Below are positions 36,101-48,952 of a stretch of 64,000 nt of DNA, in pieces. The DNA is taken from NCBI GenBank assembly GCA_950097015.1, contig CATNEN010000001.1:12648001-12712000 (forward strand). Reading direction: 5' to 3'. Both the position numbers and the translations under genes were made by a program. Origin of the DNA: Macrostomum hystrix. Taxonomy: Eukaryota; Animalia; Platyhelminthes. The notes beneath the pieces were generated by a model that saw only the letters and a program-made list of their open reading frames with translations, did no database searches and was not told where the DNA came from. Each line of letters starts with the position of its first letter. Position 1 is the first letter of the stretch.

Positions 36101-39100
36101 GGGTAGAATGAAAAGAAACAGGGGTAGAGTGAAGAGAGACAGGGGTAGAGTGAAGAGAGACAGGGGTAGAGTGAAGAGAGACAGGGGTAGAGTGAAGAGA
36201 GACAGGGTGATAAGGCTAGAGATAAATAAGCGGCAGAGGCACTCACCAGCAGGGGCTCGCACAGTTCAAAGCGCACCTCGGGCTTAACCAAGACACTCTC
36301 GCCGGCTGTGTCGCCAACAGCCCCGTCTTCGCCTTCGCCATCCTCGCCTAGTGCAGTTGGCAATAGGCGTCGCCGGAAAGCGCGCGAATCGACGCCGACG
36401 CATTCGGCTAGATCACCGGGATCAACTTCTTGGAGGCTCTCGGTGAGACGGCTAACCAGAGGCAGGACTTCCTTCACCAGGTAGTGCTCCCAGTCGATGG
36501 CTGGCGCAGGAGCCGCGTCGCCGCCGTCTGTACCATTGCCGACAGCGGCGGCATCTGTATTGGCAGCTGATTGAGCACGTTTGGCGTACTCTTTGAGCAG
36601 CTTGCGCCAAGCAGAAAGGGTGTAGACTCTAAAAACAGAAATATATACTCATAGACACCGTTCATTGATTAGAAATACCCGATGTAATTCTAAACTACAA
36701 TCAGAGCACAATGTCACTCACCGTTTAGAAAGCTACCCGATATGTATTGAAAAAAATAACCATGTTTTCTTAATCGAGAAAAATACCAGAAACTACCCGA
36801 GATGTATCTAAATTATAAACTAAGTTTCGTAATCGAGAAAATATACAAGAGACAACCCGATATGTATCGAAGTTATTAAAAATGTTTCGTAATCGAAAAA
36901 TATACGAGAAACTACCCGATATGCATCGAAATTATAAGCCAAGTTTCGTAATCAAGAAAATACACTTGAGGCTAACCGATATGTATCGAAATTATAAACC
37001 ATGTTTCGTAATCGAGAAAAATACGAGAGACTACCCGATATGTATCTAAATTATAAACTAAGTTTCGTAATCGAGAAAATACACTTGAGGCTACCCGATA
37101 TGTATTGAAATAAAAAAACGATCGTGAAAAATTCGACTACTCTCAAGAAACTAACCCGATATGTATCGAAAAAATAAATGAAGCATTATAATTTCTAGAC
37201 AAATATTCAATCAGCAGCCCGATATGTATCGAAAAAATATGAAAAAAATAGGATGGTTTTAACTGCAAAAAACTCAAAGATGCAAACCTGGAGGTCACAG
37301 GACCGTTCCCGGCCGCTACGATGTACTCCACGGTGTCGCCCTTCTTCCATGGTCGCTCTCTGGTGTCATCGTGCAGGGCGGCCGCCACGTGCTCCTCGTG
37401 TCCATTGCGATACTCCTCAGGAGCCTTGGTGAGCATCTTGGCTATGCTCAGAGTGTCAGGATCGACTCTATTAGCCTTAAGATTGCTGGCCACTTGGGTG
37501 AGAATGTCGCGGATTTCCGCTTGAAGAGTTTCGCGCGGCTTGTTGGCCAGAATGAGGTCCAGTACGCTGGAGGCTGTGCCTGTGGCAATGCGGCTCCAGT
37601 CGCGACTGTAGATTTTGAAATAGCGAAAATTGAGGACCACTTTTATATAACTTGTTAATTACGAAACAAATGTTTTTTACAGATAAAATCCGGTTGAAGA
37701 CGACATTTTAGAAAAAAGGGCCGCTTTCTAACCATTTTAAAATCCTTGAGGACCACTTTCTAAGAATTTTCAAAAAGCTTTTAAGAATTAAGGACCACTT
37801 TCTAGGAATCGAGAACGACTTTCTAAGAATGGAGGACCACTTTCTAGGAATCGAGAACGACTTTCTAAGAATGGAGGACCACTTTCTAGGAATCGAGAAC
37901 GACTTTCTAAGAATGGAGGACCACTTTCTAGGAATCGAGAACGACTTTCTAAGAATTGAGGACCACTTTCTAGGAATCGAGGACCACATTCTAAGAATGG
38001 AGGACTGCTTTCTAGGAATTGAGGATCACATTATAGGAATTAGGGATCATTTTCTAAGAATTGAGGATCATTGTATGAGAATTGAGGGCCACTTTCTAGG
38101 AATCGAGGACCACATTCTAAGAAAGGAGGACCACTAGATGACCACCAGGCTCAAGATGACCAGAGCTTGAATCATGGCTAAACCAGAGCTTGAATCATGG
38201 CTAAACCAGAGTTTGAATCATGGCTAACCAGAGCTTGAATCATGGCTAAACCAGAGTTTGAATCATGGCTAAACGAGAGTTTGAATCATGGCTAAAGCAG
38301 AGTTTGAATCATGGCTAAACCAGAATTTCAATCGTGGCTAAAACAGAGTTTGAATCATGGCTAAACCAGAGTTTGAATCATGGCTAAACCTGAGTTTGAA
38401 TCATGGCTAAACCAGAGTTTGAATCATGGCTAAACCAGCTTTTGAATCATGGCTAAACCAGCGTTTGAATCATGGCTAACCCAGAGTTTGAATCATGGCT
38501 AAACCTGAGTTTGAATCATGGCTAAACCAGCGTTTGAATCATGGCTAACCCAGAGTTTGAATCATGGCTAAACCAGAGTTTGAATCATGGCTAAACCGGA
38601 GTTTGAATCATAGCAAAACCAGAGTTTGAATCATGAGAAAAGTTTTCTTTTGCCATTGATGAATTCTCTATATTTAGCTTTTGTTATCATATAACGTCAT
38701 AATGATATACATTTGTATCAAAATAATTTTGTCTGATATTCAACTAATGTTGTTCTTGTCAATTTTCTACAATAGCAGCTAATAAAAAATTCAACTGGGG
38801 AACATTGTCAACTGGGGAGTCTTCATAAAATAGGGGATCATGGTAAACTGCGGGATAATCGTCAACTGGGGGATCATTGTCAACTGTGGGATCATTGTAA
38901 ACTGGGGGATCATCATCAAATGGGGTTCATTGTCAACTGGGAGATCATTTTCAACTGCGGGATCATTGTCAACTGGGGGATCATTGTCAACTGGGGGATC
39001 ATTGTCAACTGGGGATCATTGTCAACTGGGGGATCATTGTCAACTTGGGGAACATTGTCAACTGGAGGATTATTGTCAACTGGGGGAACATTGTCAACTG

Positions 39101-42100
39101 GGGGTCATCATCAATGGGGAGTCATCATCAACTGGGGAATCATTGTCGACTGGGGGATCATTGTCAACTGGGGGATCATTGTCAACTGGGGGATCATTGT
39201 AGAATTAAAAAGCTGTAAATTCAGCTGCTAAAAAGTATATAATAGACGAATTAAAAATATTTCTGCTCCCCGAAGGGGGGCAAAACTTGCTAGTCATTTT
39301 CTAAGAATTGAATATCATTTTCTCAGAATTTACGATCACATTCTAAGAATCGAGGACCAATTTCCAAAAACTTTAGAACAAGTGAAGATACTTGATTTCT
39401 TAATAATATTCACACTCTTTTAATAATTCAAAATCACAAACAAGCAACTCACCGAACAATCTCCAGTCCCTTAACCTCGCGTTTATACTCCAATTCGCCT
39501 TTTTCGTTCTTGGCAACGCTAAGAGCGGCGTATTTCTTCTTTCGGCACAGCAGCAGAGGCCGGTAGACGCCGTCAATTTCGAGCTCCAATAGGCGATAGA
39601 GTTTGTTAACCTGCGCTTTCACTTTGGCCCCAATCTTCAAGGCTTCGTCGTATTGATCGCAATGAGAATTGATCATGATTGAATCAGTGTCACCATAGAT
39701 CACTTCCAGGTTGAGCTTTTCAACGAGTTCCTGAATAAGAGAACCAAGTTGAAAAACAAGCTGATCACTTAAAATTTTGAGAGACACGAAAAGCTAAACA
39801 AAAGTTAAAAAAATATTTCCTAGAACTAAAGAACCCGGTTTTAATTTAAATTCTTAGAAACTAAAGAACCAGGCTTTAATTTGATTTCTTAGAAACTAAA
39901 GAAGCAGGCTTTAATTTGATTTCTTAGAAACTAAAGAAGCAGGCTTTAATTAGGTTTCTTAGAAACTAAATAACCAGTTTTTAATTTGAATTCTTAGAAA
40001 CTAAAGAACGAGGCTTTAATTTAAATTCTTAGAAACTAAATAACGAGGTTTTGATAAGGTTTCTTAGAAACTAATGAACCGGGTTTTAATTTGATTTCTT
40101 AGAAACTAAAGAACTAGTTTTTATTTTGAATTCTTAGAAACTAAAGAACGAGGCTTTAATTTAAATTCTTAGAAACTTTAGAAGGAGGCTTTAATTAAAA
40201 TTCTTAGAAACTAAAGAACCCGGTTTTAATTTAAATTCTTAGAAACTAAAGAACCAGGCTTTAATTTGATTTCTTAGAAACTAAAGAACTAGGCTTTAAT
40301 TTGGTTTCTTAGAAACTAAAGAACTAGTTTTTAATTTGAATTCTTAGAAACTAAAGAACGAGGCTTTAATTTAAATTCTTAGAAACTAAAGAACGAGGCT
40401 TTAATTTGAATTCTTAGAAACTAAAAAACGAGGCTTTAATTTGAATTCTTATAAACTAAAGAACCAGTTTTTAATTAAAATTCTTAGAAACTAAAGAACC
40501 CGGTTTTAATTTAAATTCTTAGAAACTAAAGAACCAGGCTTTAATTTGATTTCTTAGAAAATAAAGAAGCAGGCTTTAATTAGGTTTCTTAGAAATTAAA
40601 TAACCAGTTTTTAATTTGAATTCTTAGAAACTAAAGAACGAGGCTTTAATTTAAATTCTTAGAAACTAAATAACGAGGTTTTGATAAGGTTTCTTAGAAA
40701 CTAATGAACCGGGTTTTAATTTGTTTATTAGAAACTAAATAACGAGGTTTTGATAAGGTTTCTTAGAAACTAAAGAACCCGGTTATCCTTAGGTTTTTAT
40801 ATTTTTTAGTTTTCTTTTTTTTCTTAGTTTTTTAACCAAATGTTTTTTTCATTAAATGATTTATATTTTATATTTTATATTTAATTTTTTATCTAATTAT
40901 ATTCGGTTTTTAATACTAGAGAACCTGGTTTCTATTAAGATTCGTAGAAACTAAAGAACAAAGTTTTGATTTCGAGAAGCTAAGTAATCATATTTTAAGA
41001 ACACTTTCCAAGAATTGTGATTTTAAAAAGATTTTTCAAAAGCTCAGAACGTAGCTTTAATAATACTCGAGACAAAATCATACACTGATTTAGAACAGAA
41101 TAAAAATTTAAGCAATTAATTACCTTAGTCTGCGCCAGAATGTCTCGACCCTTGGCTGTAACCAAGGCCGCTATCGGCTTGGCGGCAAAGCGCGACTGTT
41201 GAAAGCCTAAACAGCCGTAGAGTGAGTTGGCCGTCAGCTTCAGCGCCTTCTGTCGAATGTCCAATTGGACGCGTTGTTCCTCGCGCAATTTCGGATCTTT
41301 TAGAAGATTCTTGACTGCGCGTCGGGTCTCAACTAGTTTACCGATTACCTGTTTCGGAGAATTTGATAAGTTATTGTTCTTAGCTGGCCGGACAACGCTA
41401 TAGCATACAGAGGAGCCTAGCGGAACCTTTTTAAAGAATTTAATATAAAAATCTATTTCTTTAACAACTGCCTCGTTGCTTCTAGTTTCTCTAGAAACCG
41501 GTTCTCTACCTCTGCACTCGTTCTCACATCTTCACGCCACTTTCTGATTGGTCCACTTCTCACCTTCTCGCCTCTGCCTTCTACCCCAGTCGCGCACTCT
41601 TATTTTATCGCACCGCCAATCCCCTTCCAGCTAAAATCCAGGCCTAGTGCTGAAGCAGAAATACAAATATATATCAATATAGGCCCACGATCGTCTTCAC
41701 AGTTTCTCAGCCGGTCAGCTAAAAAATTATCATTTCTTTCTTCTAGAAGTAGAAACTTGTGAGAGACGCTATCTGGGTGCCTGTGTGCTCAGGAGTCAGC
41801 GAAATGTGCAGAATTGCCTCCTCGCTGGCTGCGGGTCTAGTGTCACTAAATGATGTGCCATTGCCCGCAGCCCTCCTGCAATTAATACTATTATCTCTTC
41901 CTCACACCTCCATCCTATACTCTCCCTAGTGAATCAACACTCCTTCCTCTCTTTTCAGTGTCGCATACCTGCGGCAGAACGCCAATCTCGGTGCTGCCCC
42001 GGTCTGGCAGTTCAGGCAGTCGATCCGTGGACTCCAAACCCCGATGCTGCAGAGTAGTGAAGCACAAATTGAATTCCTGAATGATTGACGGATACAGAGA

Positions 42101-45100
42101 GTTGAAGTCCAACAATAGGATGAACTTGTCGTGTAGGCCACGCTTCGGTTCGAGCACTAGACCACCAGTGTACTCGGCTTTGTTCTGCTGTTGAGTCTGC
42201 TGCTGCTGCTGCTGTTGCTGAGCCGAGTGCCGGCCGGTCGGATCCGGGCAGACAAAACCGCGCTCAGTGAAGGCGTGCAACAGTAGGGACTCGTTACGCT
42301 CCGATCGACCATATAAAAGAGTGCGCGACCACAGATTGCCAACAATCTGGGTGATCTGCAGAGACAGCGGCAGAGCCTGCAGCTCGTGGGCGATATTTAG
42401 GCAGAGGGCGGCATCGTTGAGTGCCGATTCGGCTAAGCTGCAGACGCCTTCGGCGCGACCGTTGCTAAATGAGTTGCGCACCTCGGCTGCGGTCCAATCG
42501 CGACCGGCTCTGGCGCGTTTCAGCAGCGAGCCGCTCAGTTCTTCGAGATCGTAGCTGCGACCCTGCGGCAGGAGAGAAAGGAGAGAAAAAATTGTAAGTC
42601 ATTATAGAAAAAGAGTGGTTAAAGGAATGACAGTAGAGGGGAGGGAAGATTAGAAGATAGACGGGAGAGGACGAAAAGTGGTGAGAAAGGTGACAGAGGA
42701 TATTGAAGGAAAATGGGTAGAAAATGTAGCAAGAAATAGAAATGGGGAGACAGAAGAGAAATGTAAAAATAGAGGAGAGAAAGGAGAGGTAGGGAAGAAA
42801 GGGGAGAAAATGTAGAGAGAAGAGAAAAAAGTTAGAGAAAGGGAGTAGAGACGGGAGAATGTCGAAGAGGGGAAAGAGGGGAGACAGGGTAAATGAGGGA
42901 CGGGAAAGAGGGGACACGAGAGGACAGAAATGTGAATAATTATATTAAAATCCATGTGCTTTTAATTAAAGTACGATGATGAGAAGATTCCCCGCTGTCT
43001 CACCTTGACCAATTCTTTGGCACTTTTCAAACAGTCCAACAGCAGCCGGCCAGCCACAGCGTGTCGCATCGGACCCAATCCGGTCGCCCTCAGTGGCGGC
43101 CCGGTTCGTCTCAACCGGCCCAGCTTGTGCCAGTGCGGCACGCGACACGCGGCCAGGCGATGCAGCAGCCAGGCTAGGCTGGCGCCGCAGTCGAAGCCAA
43201 TTAGAATGTCCGGATCGGCCTGATGCAGTAGGCCAACAAGCCGGCCTAGTAGGGCGCGCTCGCTAGACTCCAAGGAGGCATTCTCGCGACTGCCTAGAAG
43301 CTTGGTGAGGCCGGCCTGGGTGCCGAACGGCACAGCGCAGCCTTGGGGCCTGGCCACGATGCTGACGGCGCGTTGGAAACGACTCTGCGACTGCTGCTTG
43401 GCTGCGAAAGCAAATCAACTTTAGAAGTAGAAATTGCTCTGTCGAAGATTTTATACTGCTATACTATGGAAACACCTTTACACGTACTATCTTACTCCAT
43501 ACCTACACTATTTTTCCATAGATATCTACCTAACTCTCCCCTAGATATCTTCCCCCTTCTTTCCCCCAGATATCTAGCCTACTCTCTCCTAGATATCTAC
43601 CCTACTATCCCCTAGATATCTACCCTACTCTACCCTAGATATCGACCCTACTCTCCCCTAGATATCTACCCTACTCTCCCCTAGATATCTACCCTACTAT
43701 CCCCTAGATATCTACCCTACTCTACCCTAGATATCTACCCTACTAACCTAGATATCTACCCTACTCTCCCCTAGATATCGACCCTACTCTCCCCTAGATA
43801 TCGACCCTACTCTCCCCTAGATATCTACCCTACTCTCCCCTAGATATCTACCCTACTAACCTAGATATCTACCCTACTCTCCCCTAGATATCTACCCTAC
43901 TAACCTAGATATCTACCCTACTCTCCCCTAGATATCTACCCTACTAACCTAGATATCTACCCTACTATCCCCTAGATATCTACCCTACTAACCTAGATAT
44001 CTACCCTACTGTTCCGTAATAATTTAATACAAATAATTCACCATTAGAAGCGCCGTCAATGCGAAACTCCTTATCAAGTAGCATAGCAACGCAGGACACT
44101 TCCTTATCGCAGCCAATAGCGTACAGGGTGGCAACAGTGAGTGGCGGATGGCCCAGTTTCTGAGCAGCCTCGGTGGCAGTTTTCTTTAATTTTCTATAAT
44201 CAGTCAATGTGGCATCGATGCGACACCAGCTGAATTGGGCCAATTGGCGCTTGGCCCCACTAATATCCAACCAACACGGTCCATAGAGTTGCCGATCGAG
44301 GATTAGAGTCTCCAGGGATGTTGTCTAAATTGTTTTAATGGGTGTCTTATGAGTGGCATTTCCCACGCCATTGTATTTTCTGCCTCTCCCATGTCTAATA
44401 TTCCTCTCCGATGTCAATTTTCCCACTCCGATGTCTATTCTCCCACTACGATGTCTATTCTCCCACTAGGATGTCTATTTTTCCACTCCGATGTCTATTC
44501 TCCCACTACGATGTCTAATATTCCTCTCCGATATCTATTCTCCCACAACGATGTCTATTTTCCCTTTCCTATGTCTATTCTCCCTCTCCTATGCCTATTC
44601 TCCCAATACGATGTCTATTCTCCCAATACGATGTCTATTCTCCCTCTCCTATGTCTATTCTCCCACTACGATGTCCATTCTCCCTCTCCGATGTCTATTG
44701 TCCCTCTCCTATGTCTATTCTCCGTCTCCGATGTCTATTCTCCCACTCCGATGTCTATTCTCCCTCTCCTATGTCTATTCTCCCTATCCTATGTCAATTC
44801 TCCCTATTCTGTCTATTCTCTCTCTCCGACTTTAATTTTCCTCCCACTCTGATCTCCTCACCAATCCAGCATTCTTACATTGCATCCGAACACGTGACTG
44901 TAGGTGAGTCCCGCGGCATCGGCAGGGAAAGCCGGCTTATCAGCCGGATAGAGCACTTCTAGCCAATCAGCTGACTGAGGCACATCTGGGACTGAGAAGC
45001 AGTAGCTTTTGCGAACTGTTCGACAGCGAAAACTGGCAATGCCGTGTTTGGCAGCAAATTTAGCGAACTCATCGTAGACATCCTTGATTTGAACCGGCTC

Positions 45101-47854
45101 GTCTGTAGGATCGCCGTGCTTATCAACCCGGTGCTGACGAGGTAGAAAGTACAATTGGCGCGGTATTTCCGTGATACGGACGCAGCAGGACTCAAATCTG
45201 GGGCGAATGGGTGAGTTAACCTGACTTTATTAGCCACCTAAATTTCATTCACCATGCCTACAATGATCTCTCCTTGCCTACTCAAATCTGACCTCATCTA
45301 CTCAAATCTCCCCTCATCTACTCAAATCTGACCTCATCTACTCAAATCTCACCCCATCTACTCAAATCTCCCCTCATCTACTCAAATCTCACCCCATCTA
45401 CTCAAATCTGACCTCATCTACTCAAATCTCACCCCATCTACTCAAATCTCCCCGCATCTACTCAAATCTGACCTCATCTACTCAAATCTGACCTCATCTA
45501 CTCAAATCTGACCTCATCTACTCAAATCTGACCTCATCTACTCAAATCTGACCTCATCTACTCAAATCTGACCTCATCTACTCAAATCTCACCCCATCTA
45601 CTCAAATCTGACCTCATCTACTCAAATCTCACCCCATCTACTCAAATCTCCCTTCATCTACTCAAATCTGACCTCATCTACTCAAATCTGACCTCATCTA
45701 CTCAAATCTGACCTCATCTACTCAAATCTGACCTCATCTACTCAAATCTGACCTCATCTACTCAAATCTGACCTCATCTACTCAAATCTGACCTCATCTA
45801 CTCAAATCTGACCTCATCTACTCAAATCTGACCTCATCTACTCAAATCTCCCTTCATCTACTCAAATCTGACCTCATCTACTCAAATCTCACAACATCTA
45901 CTCAAATCTCCCCGCATCTACTCAAATCTGACCTCATCTACTCAAATCTGACCTCATCTACTCAAATCTGACCTCATCTACTCAAATCTGACCTCATCTA
46001 CTCAAATCTCACCCCATCTACTCAAATCTCACCCCATCTACTCAAATCTGACCTCATCTACTCAAATCTGACCTCATCTACTCAAATCTCACCCCATCTA
46101 CTCAAATCTCTCCCCATCTACTCAAATCTGACCTCATCTACTTAAATCTCACCCCATCTACTCAAATCTCCCTTCATCTACTCAAATCTGACCTCATCTA
46201 CTCAAATCTGACCTCATCTACTCAAATCTCACCCCATCTACTCAAATCTGACCTCATCTACTCAAATCTCACCCCATCTACTCAAATCTCCCTTCATCTA
46301 CTCATATCTGGCCTCATCTACTCAAATCTCACCCTGTTTACTCAAATCTCACCCAATTTACTCAGTCTACTCAGCCCACCACAGAGTTAGCAGAACAGAC
46401 CTGATCTGGCCATTAGTAGCGGCAGTAGGCGGCATGGCAACCTTGCCAAACAGGAACACAGTGCCTGGATGATGAGCCGAATCGTACCAAGCGTCTAGCC
46501 AATAGAACCGCATGGCTTTGTTGCCAACGGCAGCTTTCGGATTATTTTCGCTACCTCTGTCATCCGCTGTGCTAGCATCGGCAACGTCAAACTCTGGCAG
46601 ATTATCGCCGACACTAGCAGCATTGGCGGCTGCAGCAACGTCTGGCACAGCATCGGTGTTGTTCGGTCCGTACTCTAGCCAGTCGCCAGCCGACGCTGGG
46701 GCTACTGACGCGGCGGCGGTTGCGACTGTGGATGATGCGGCGTTACCAGCGGAGGTCCACGGTTCAACAATAGTAACCGAGCTGCGATTCAATTTCATGG
46801 AAGCCTCGGCATCGGAAACTGCAGTACCAGCCATGGAGGTTGAAGCTGAAGTAGCAGCGCCGGAAGCTTCAAATGGCTCCTCGAAGTCTGCTAGCATTTC
46901 GTCTGTAATATTGCCAATCGATGCTTCTAGTAGACGCTTCTGCTCTTCGGCTTCGAGTTGCTCTTTGCGCCTGGCATCGCGTTCCCGCTGCTCCTTGCGT
47001 CGTTGACGACGCTGGAGTTGAGCGGCCGGCGACGAAGTGTCGATTGGCGCAATCAACGGAGCGGCAGCAAGTGGCGCCTTCGGTGTTGGCGGCGTACAGG
47101 GCGGAGGAGGCGGCAGAGAAGCGGCAGCCGACGATAGTCGAGGTCGTTTAGCCGCAGCCTCTTCAACACCATCTTCTTGTTGATGTTGTTCGTCACGCAA
47201 TGAATTAAGCAACGACTCTAAATCATCGTCAAGAGCGGCTTCGTCATCTGCCCCGGCCGTTTCAGACGAACCGGCTGCATCGTCGGCTGGAGCTCGTCGC
47301 TTCTTACGCAACGATTCATCCAGTTGGGCTCGGATGAACATGGATTTGATGTTACCGCTGCCTGAGCTGCCTAGCTTCTTGGCGGCACTCTCGGCGTCAC
47401 GAGCGATGAACGGGTTGCGCTTCTTACCGGACTGGCCAGCCGTTTGCTTGCCGTTGGCGCCATCCTTAGCAGCCGCTGCTTTCGCTTCAGCTTCAAGGCG
47501 TTCAGCATTTCTACGCGTGTAGCCGTAGGCTTCGTCGTCAACAATCCAGTTATCGTCCTCGGAGTCGTAGTCGTCGTCCCCGCCGCCACCGCCTACGCCA
47601 TGTTTTTCATCGTCGCTATCGTCCTCTTTAGGATTTAAATCCAAGTCAACGGTGGGTCGCAGCTTCTGGCCCTTCATCTTGGCGTCGCGCAATCGGCTGA
47701 GCATCTCCAATTTGTTGGCTTTGCGCTCGCTAACACCGGAGCGTCGACCGCGACGAACCGCAACCGCAGCATCTTGGTCATCGTCGTCGCTGTCGTTCTT
47801 TTTTCTAATATCAACGTCGTCATCGTATTCGGCAATTTTCGCTCGTCTAGACAT
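33165..47854 (-). CDS. POLA1: DNA polymerase alpha catalytic subunit, 11 exons, ~1560 aa
   Basis: Exons 47854-46401, 45197-44879, 44324-44042, 43401-43004, 42562-41969, 41348-41124, 39730-39453, 37605-37288, 36628-36247, 35538-35350 and 33407-33165 (4683 nt). Family B motifs [36 protein letters not shown] and KGLEIVRRDW; Pol alpha N-terminal [17 protein letters not shown]; two C-terminal Cys clusters. Confidence 0.97.
33570..35150. repeat. 21-bp minisatellite GGGAGATTGGGATAGAGGCTA (POLA1 intron 10)
   Basis: Tandem copies with higher-order variant blocks. Confidence 0.95.
35590..36207. repeat. 21-23-bp purine-rich repeat GACAGGGGTAGAATGAAGAGA (POLA1 intron 9)
   Basis: Tandem copies; a few units of the intron-10 type occur at 35590-35645. 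Confidence 0.88.
36675..37235. repeat. Degenerate ~59-60-bp repeat with ACCCGATATGTATCGAAA core (POLA1 intron 8)
   Basis: Core recurs near 36914, 36974, 37033 and 37093. Confidence 0.82.
37745..38135. repeat. 21/42-bp repeat TTCTAAGAATGGAGGACCACT / TTCTAGGAATCGAGAACGACT (POLA1 intron 7)
   Basis: Tandem copies seen directly. Confidence 0.88.
38159..38635. repeat. 23-bp minisatellite GAATCATGGCTAAACCAGAGTTT (POLA1 intron 7)
   Basis: Period 23 (38169, 38192). Confidence 0.93.
38792..39200. repeat. 18-19-bp minisatellite GATCATTGTCAACTGGGGG (POLA1 intron 7)
   Basis: Tandem copies seen directly. Confidence 0.88.
39818..40782. repeat. 35-bp minisatellite TTCTTAGAAACTAAAGAACCAGGCTTTAATTTGAT (POLA1 intron 6)
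   Basis: Period 35 (39851, 39886). Confidence 0.93.
41775..41893 (+). mobile_element. SINE family B 3' fragment
   Basis: GAATTGCCTCCTCGCTGGCTGCGGGTCTAGTGTCAC..GTGCCATTGCCC matches the other B copies; terminal stem GGCTGCGGGT/GCCCGCAGCC. Confidence 0.7.
42570..42930. repeat. GA-rich low-complexity tract (POLA1 intron 4)
   Basis: Strong purine skew with no clear period. Confidence 0.6.
43518..44008. repeat. ~21-23-bp minisatellite CTAGATATCTACCCTACTCTCCC (POLA1 intron 3)
   Basis: Tandem copies seen directly. Confidence 0.92.
44391..44820. repeat. 20-bp minisatellite ATGTCTATTCTCCCACTCCG (POLA1 intron 2)
   Basis: Exact 20-bp register. Confidence 0.92.
45278..46372. repeat. 20-bp minisatellite CTCAAATCTGACCTCATCTA (POLA1 intron 1)
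   Basis: Exact 20-bp register over ~54 copies. Confidence 0.97.
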
Positions 47855-47949
47855 TTTTATATCTAGCTGAAATGTTGTCACCATTTTTATTTATCATAAT
47901 CTTAATTATTGGAAAAAAAATTACTCTAGAACTTTTCTATTCCCGCATG

Positions 47950-48165
47950 ATAATCAATTTTAGGATGAGGCGATGTTGCTAGTCCTGTATACTAATCAAT
48001 TTCACTATGGGGCGATGTTGCTAGTCCTGTATACTAATATATTTTAGGATGAGGCGATGTTGCTAGTCCTGTATACTAATCAATTTTAGGATGAGGCGAT
48101 GTTGCTAGTCCTGTATACTAATCAATTTCAGTATTGGGCGATGTTGCTAGTCCAATAAACTAATC
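47950..48165. repeat. 42-bp repeat GGCGATGTTGCTAGTCCTGTATACTAATCAATTTTAGGATGA just upstream of POLA1
   Basis: ~5 copies. Confidence 0.88.
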
Positions 48166-48952
48166 GACTTAAGGATAAAGTGATGTTTCTATTTCAGGAT
48201 GATACGACATTGCTAGTCGTACAGGTTGGGGCAATGTGATTAGCACTTCCTTTATATCAAATCGACTATATAGGCTATCTTGCAAGTTATATATAAAATT
48301 ATTTCAAACAAACGATAGCATAGTAAATTAAATTATAAAACTGTACCATAGCCATGGTAATCATTCTATTTCAATGTATAACAAGTTTAAAACCAAACAT
48401 TAATAATACCTTCATCTGACAATCGTAACAATATTATATCTTTACACTACAAGAAAAAAAACATGCACAGCATGAGCTGCGAATAAAAATAAATGAAGTT
48501 GAGAATGAAGGCGTGGTTGCAGTTGAAACTATAAACTTATATCAAATAAGCTTGACACAGCCACAAAAAGCGCACGAAATTATTCTAGGCAAATTATAAT
48601 TACAAAGTACGAGCTATATTAGTGTAGCACGGTAAGCGGGTTCCTGCCGCATTAAAGAGAAGAATAGTAAGAATAGTATAATAAAAAACGTAGCTAGATA
48701 TATCTAAAATTGTAAAAAAAATCGCTTATAGAACATATGCATTCGAAAGAATTGACGAAACTGAAAAGGAAAGCTACATTAGAATAATCTAAATATGCTT
48801 ATGCCAAATTCGCATACATGTAGCTACTTGAATGTTTTCGCTTATTTATATTTCATACTACTATCTATACTAACCAAATTTTGTAGTGTAATAAGCTAAT
48901 TGAGGACGGATTTGAAATAAATGTGTTTTTTGAAGTGGAATTATGAAAGAGG

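Noticed and set aside
47855-47884. ORF-track start for POLA1 at 47884
   Set aside because: The extra residues span a CATTTCAG acceptor, so the ATG at 47854 (AAAATG context) is preferred.
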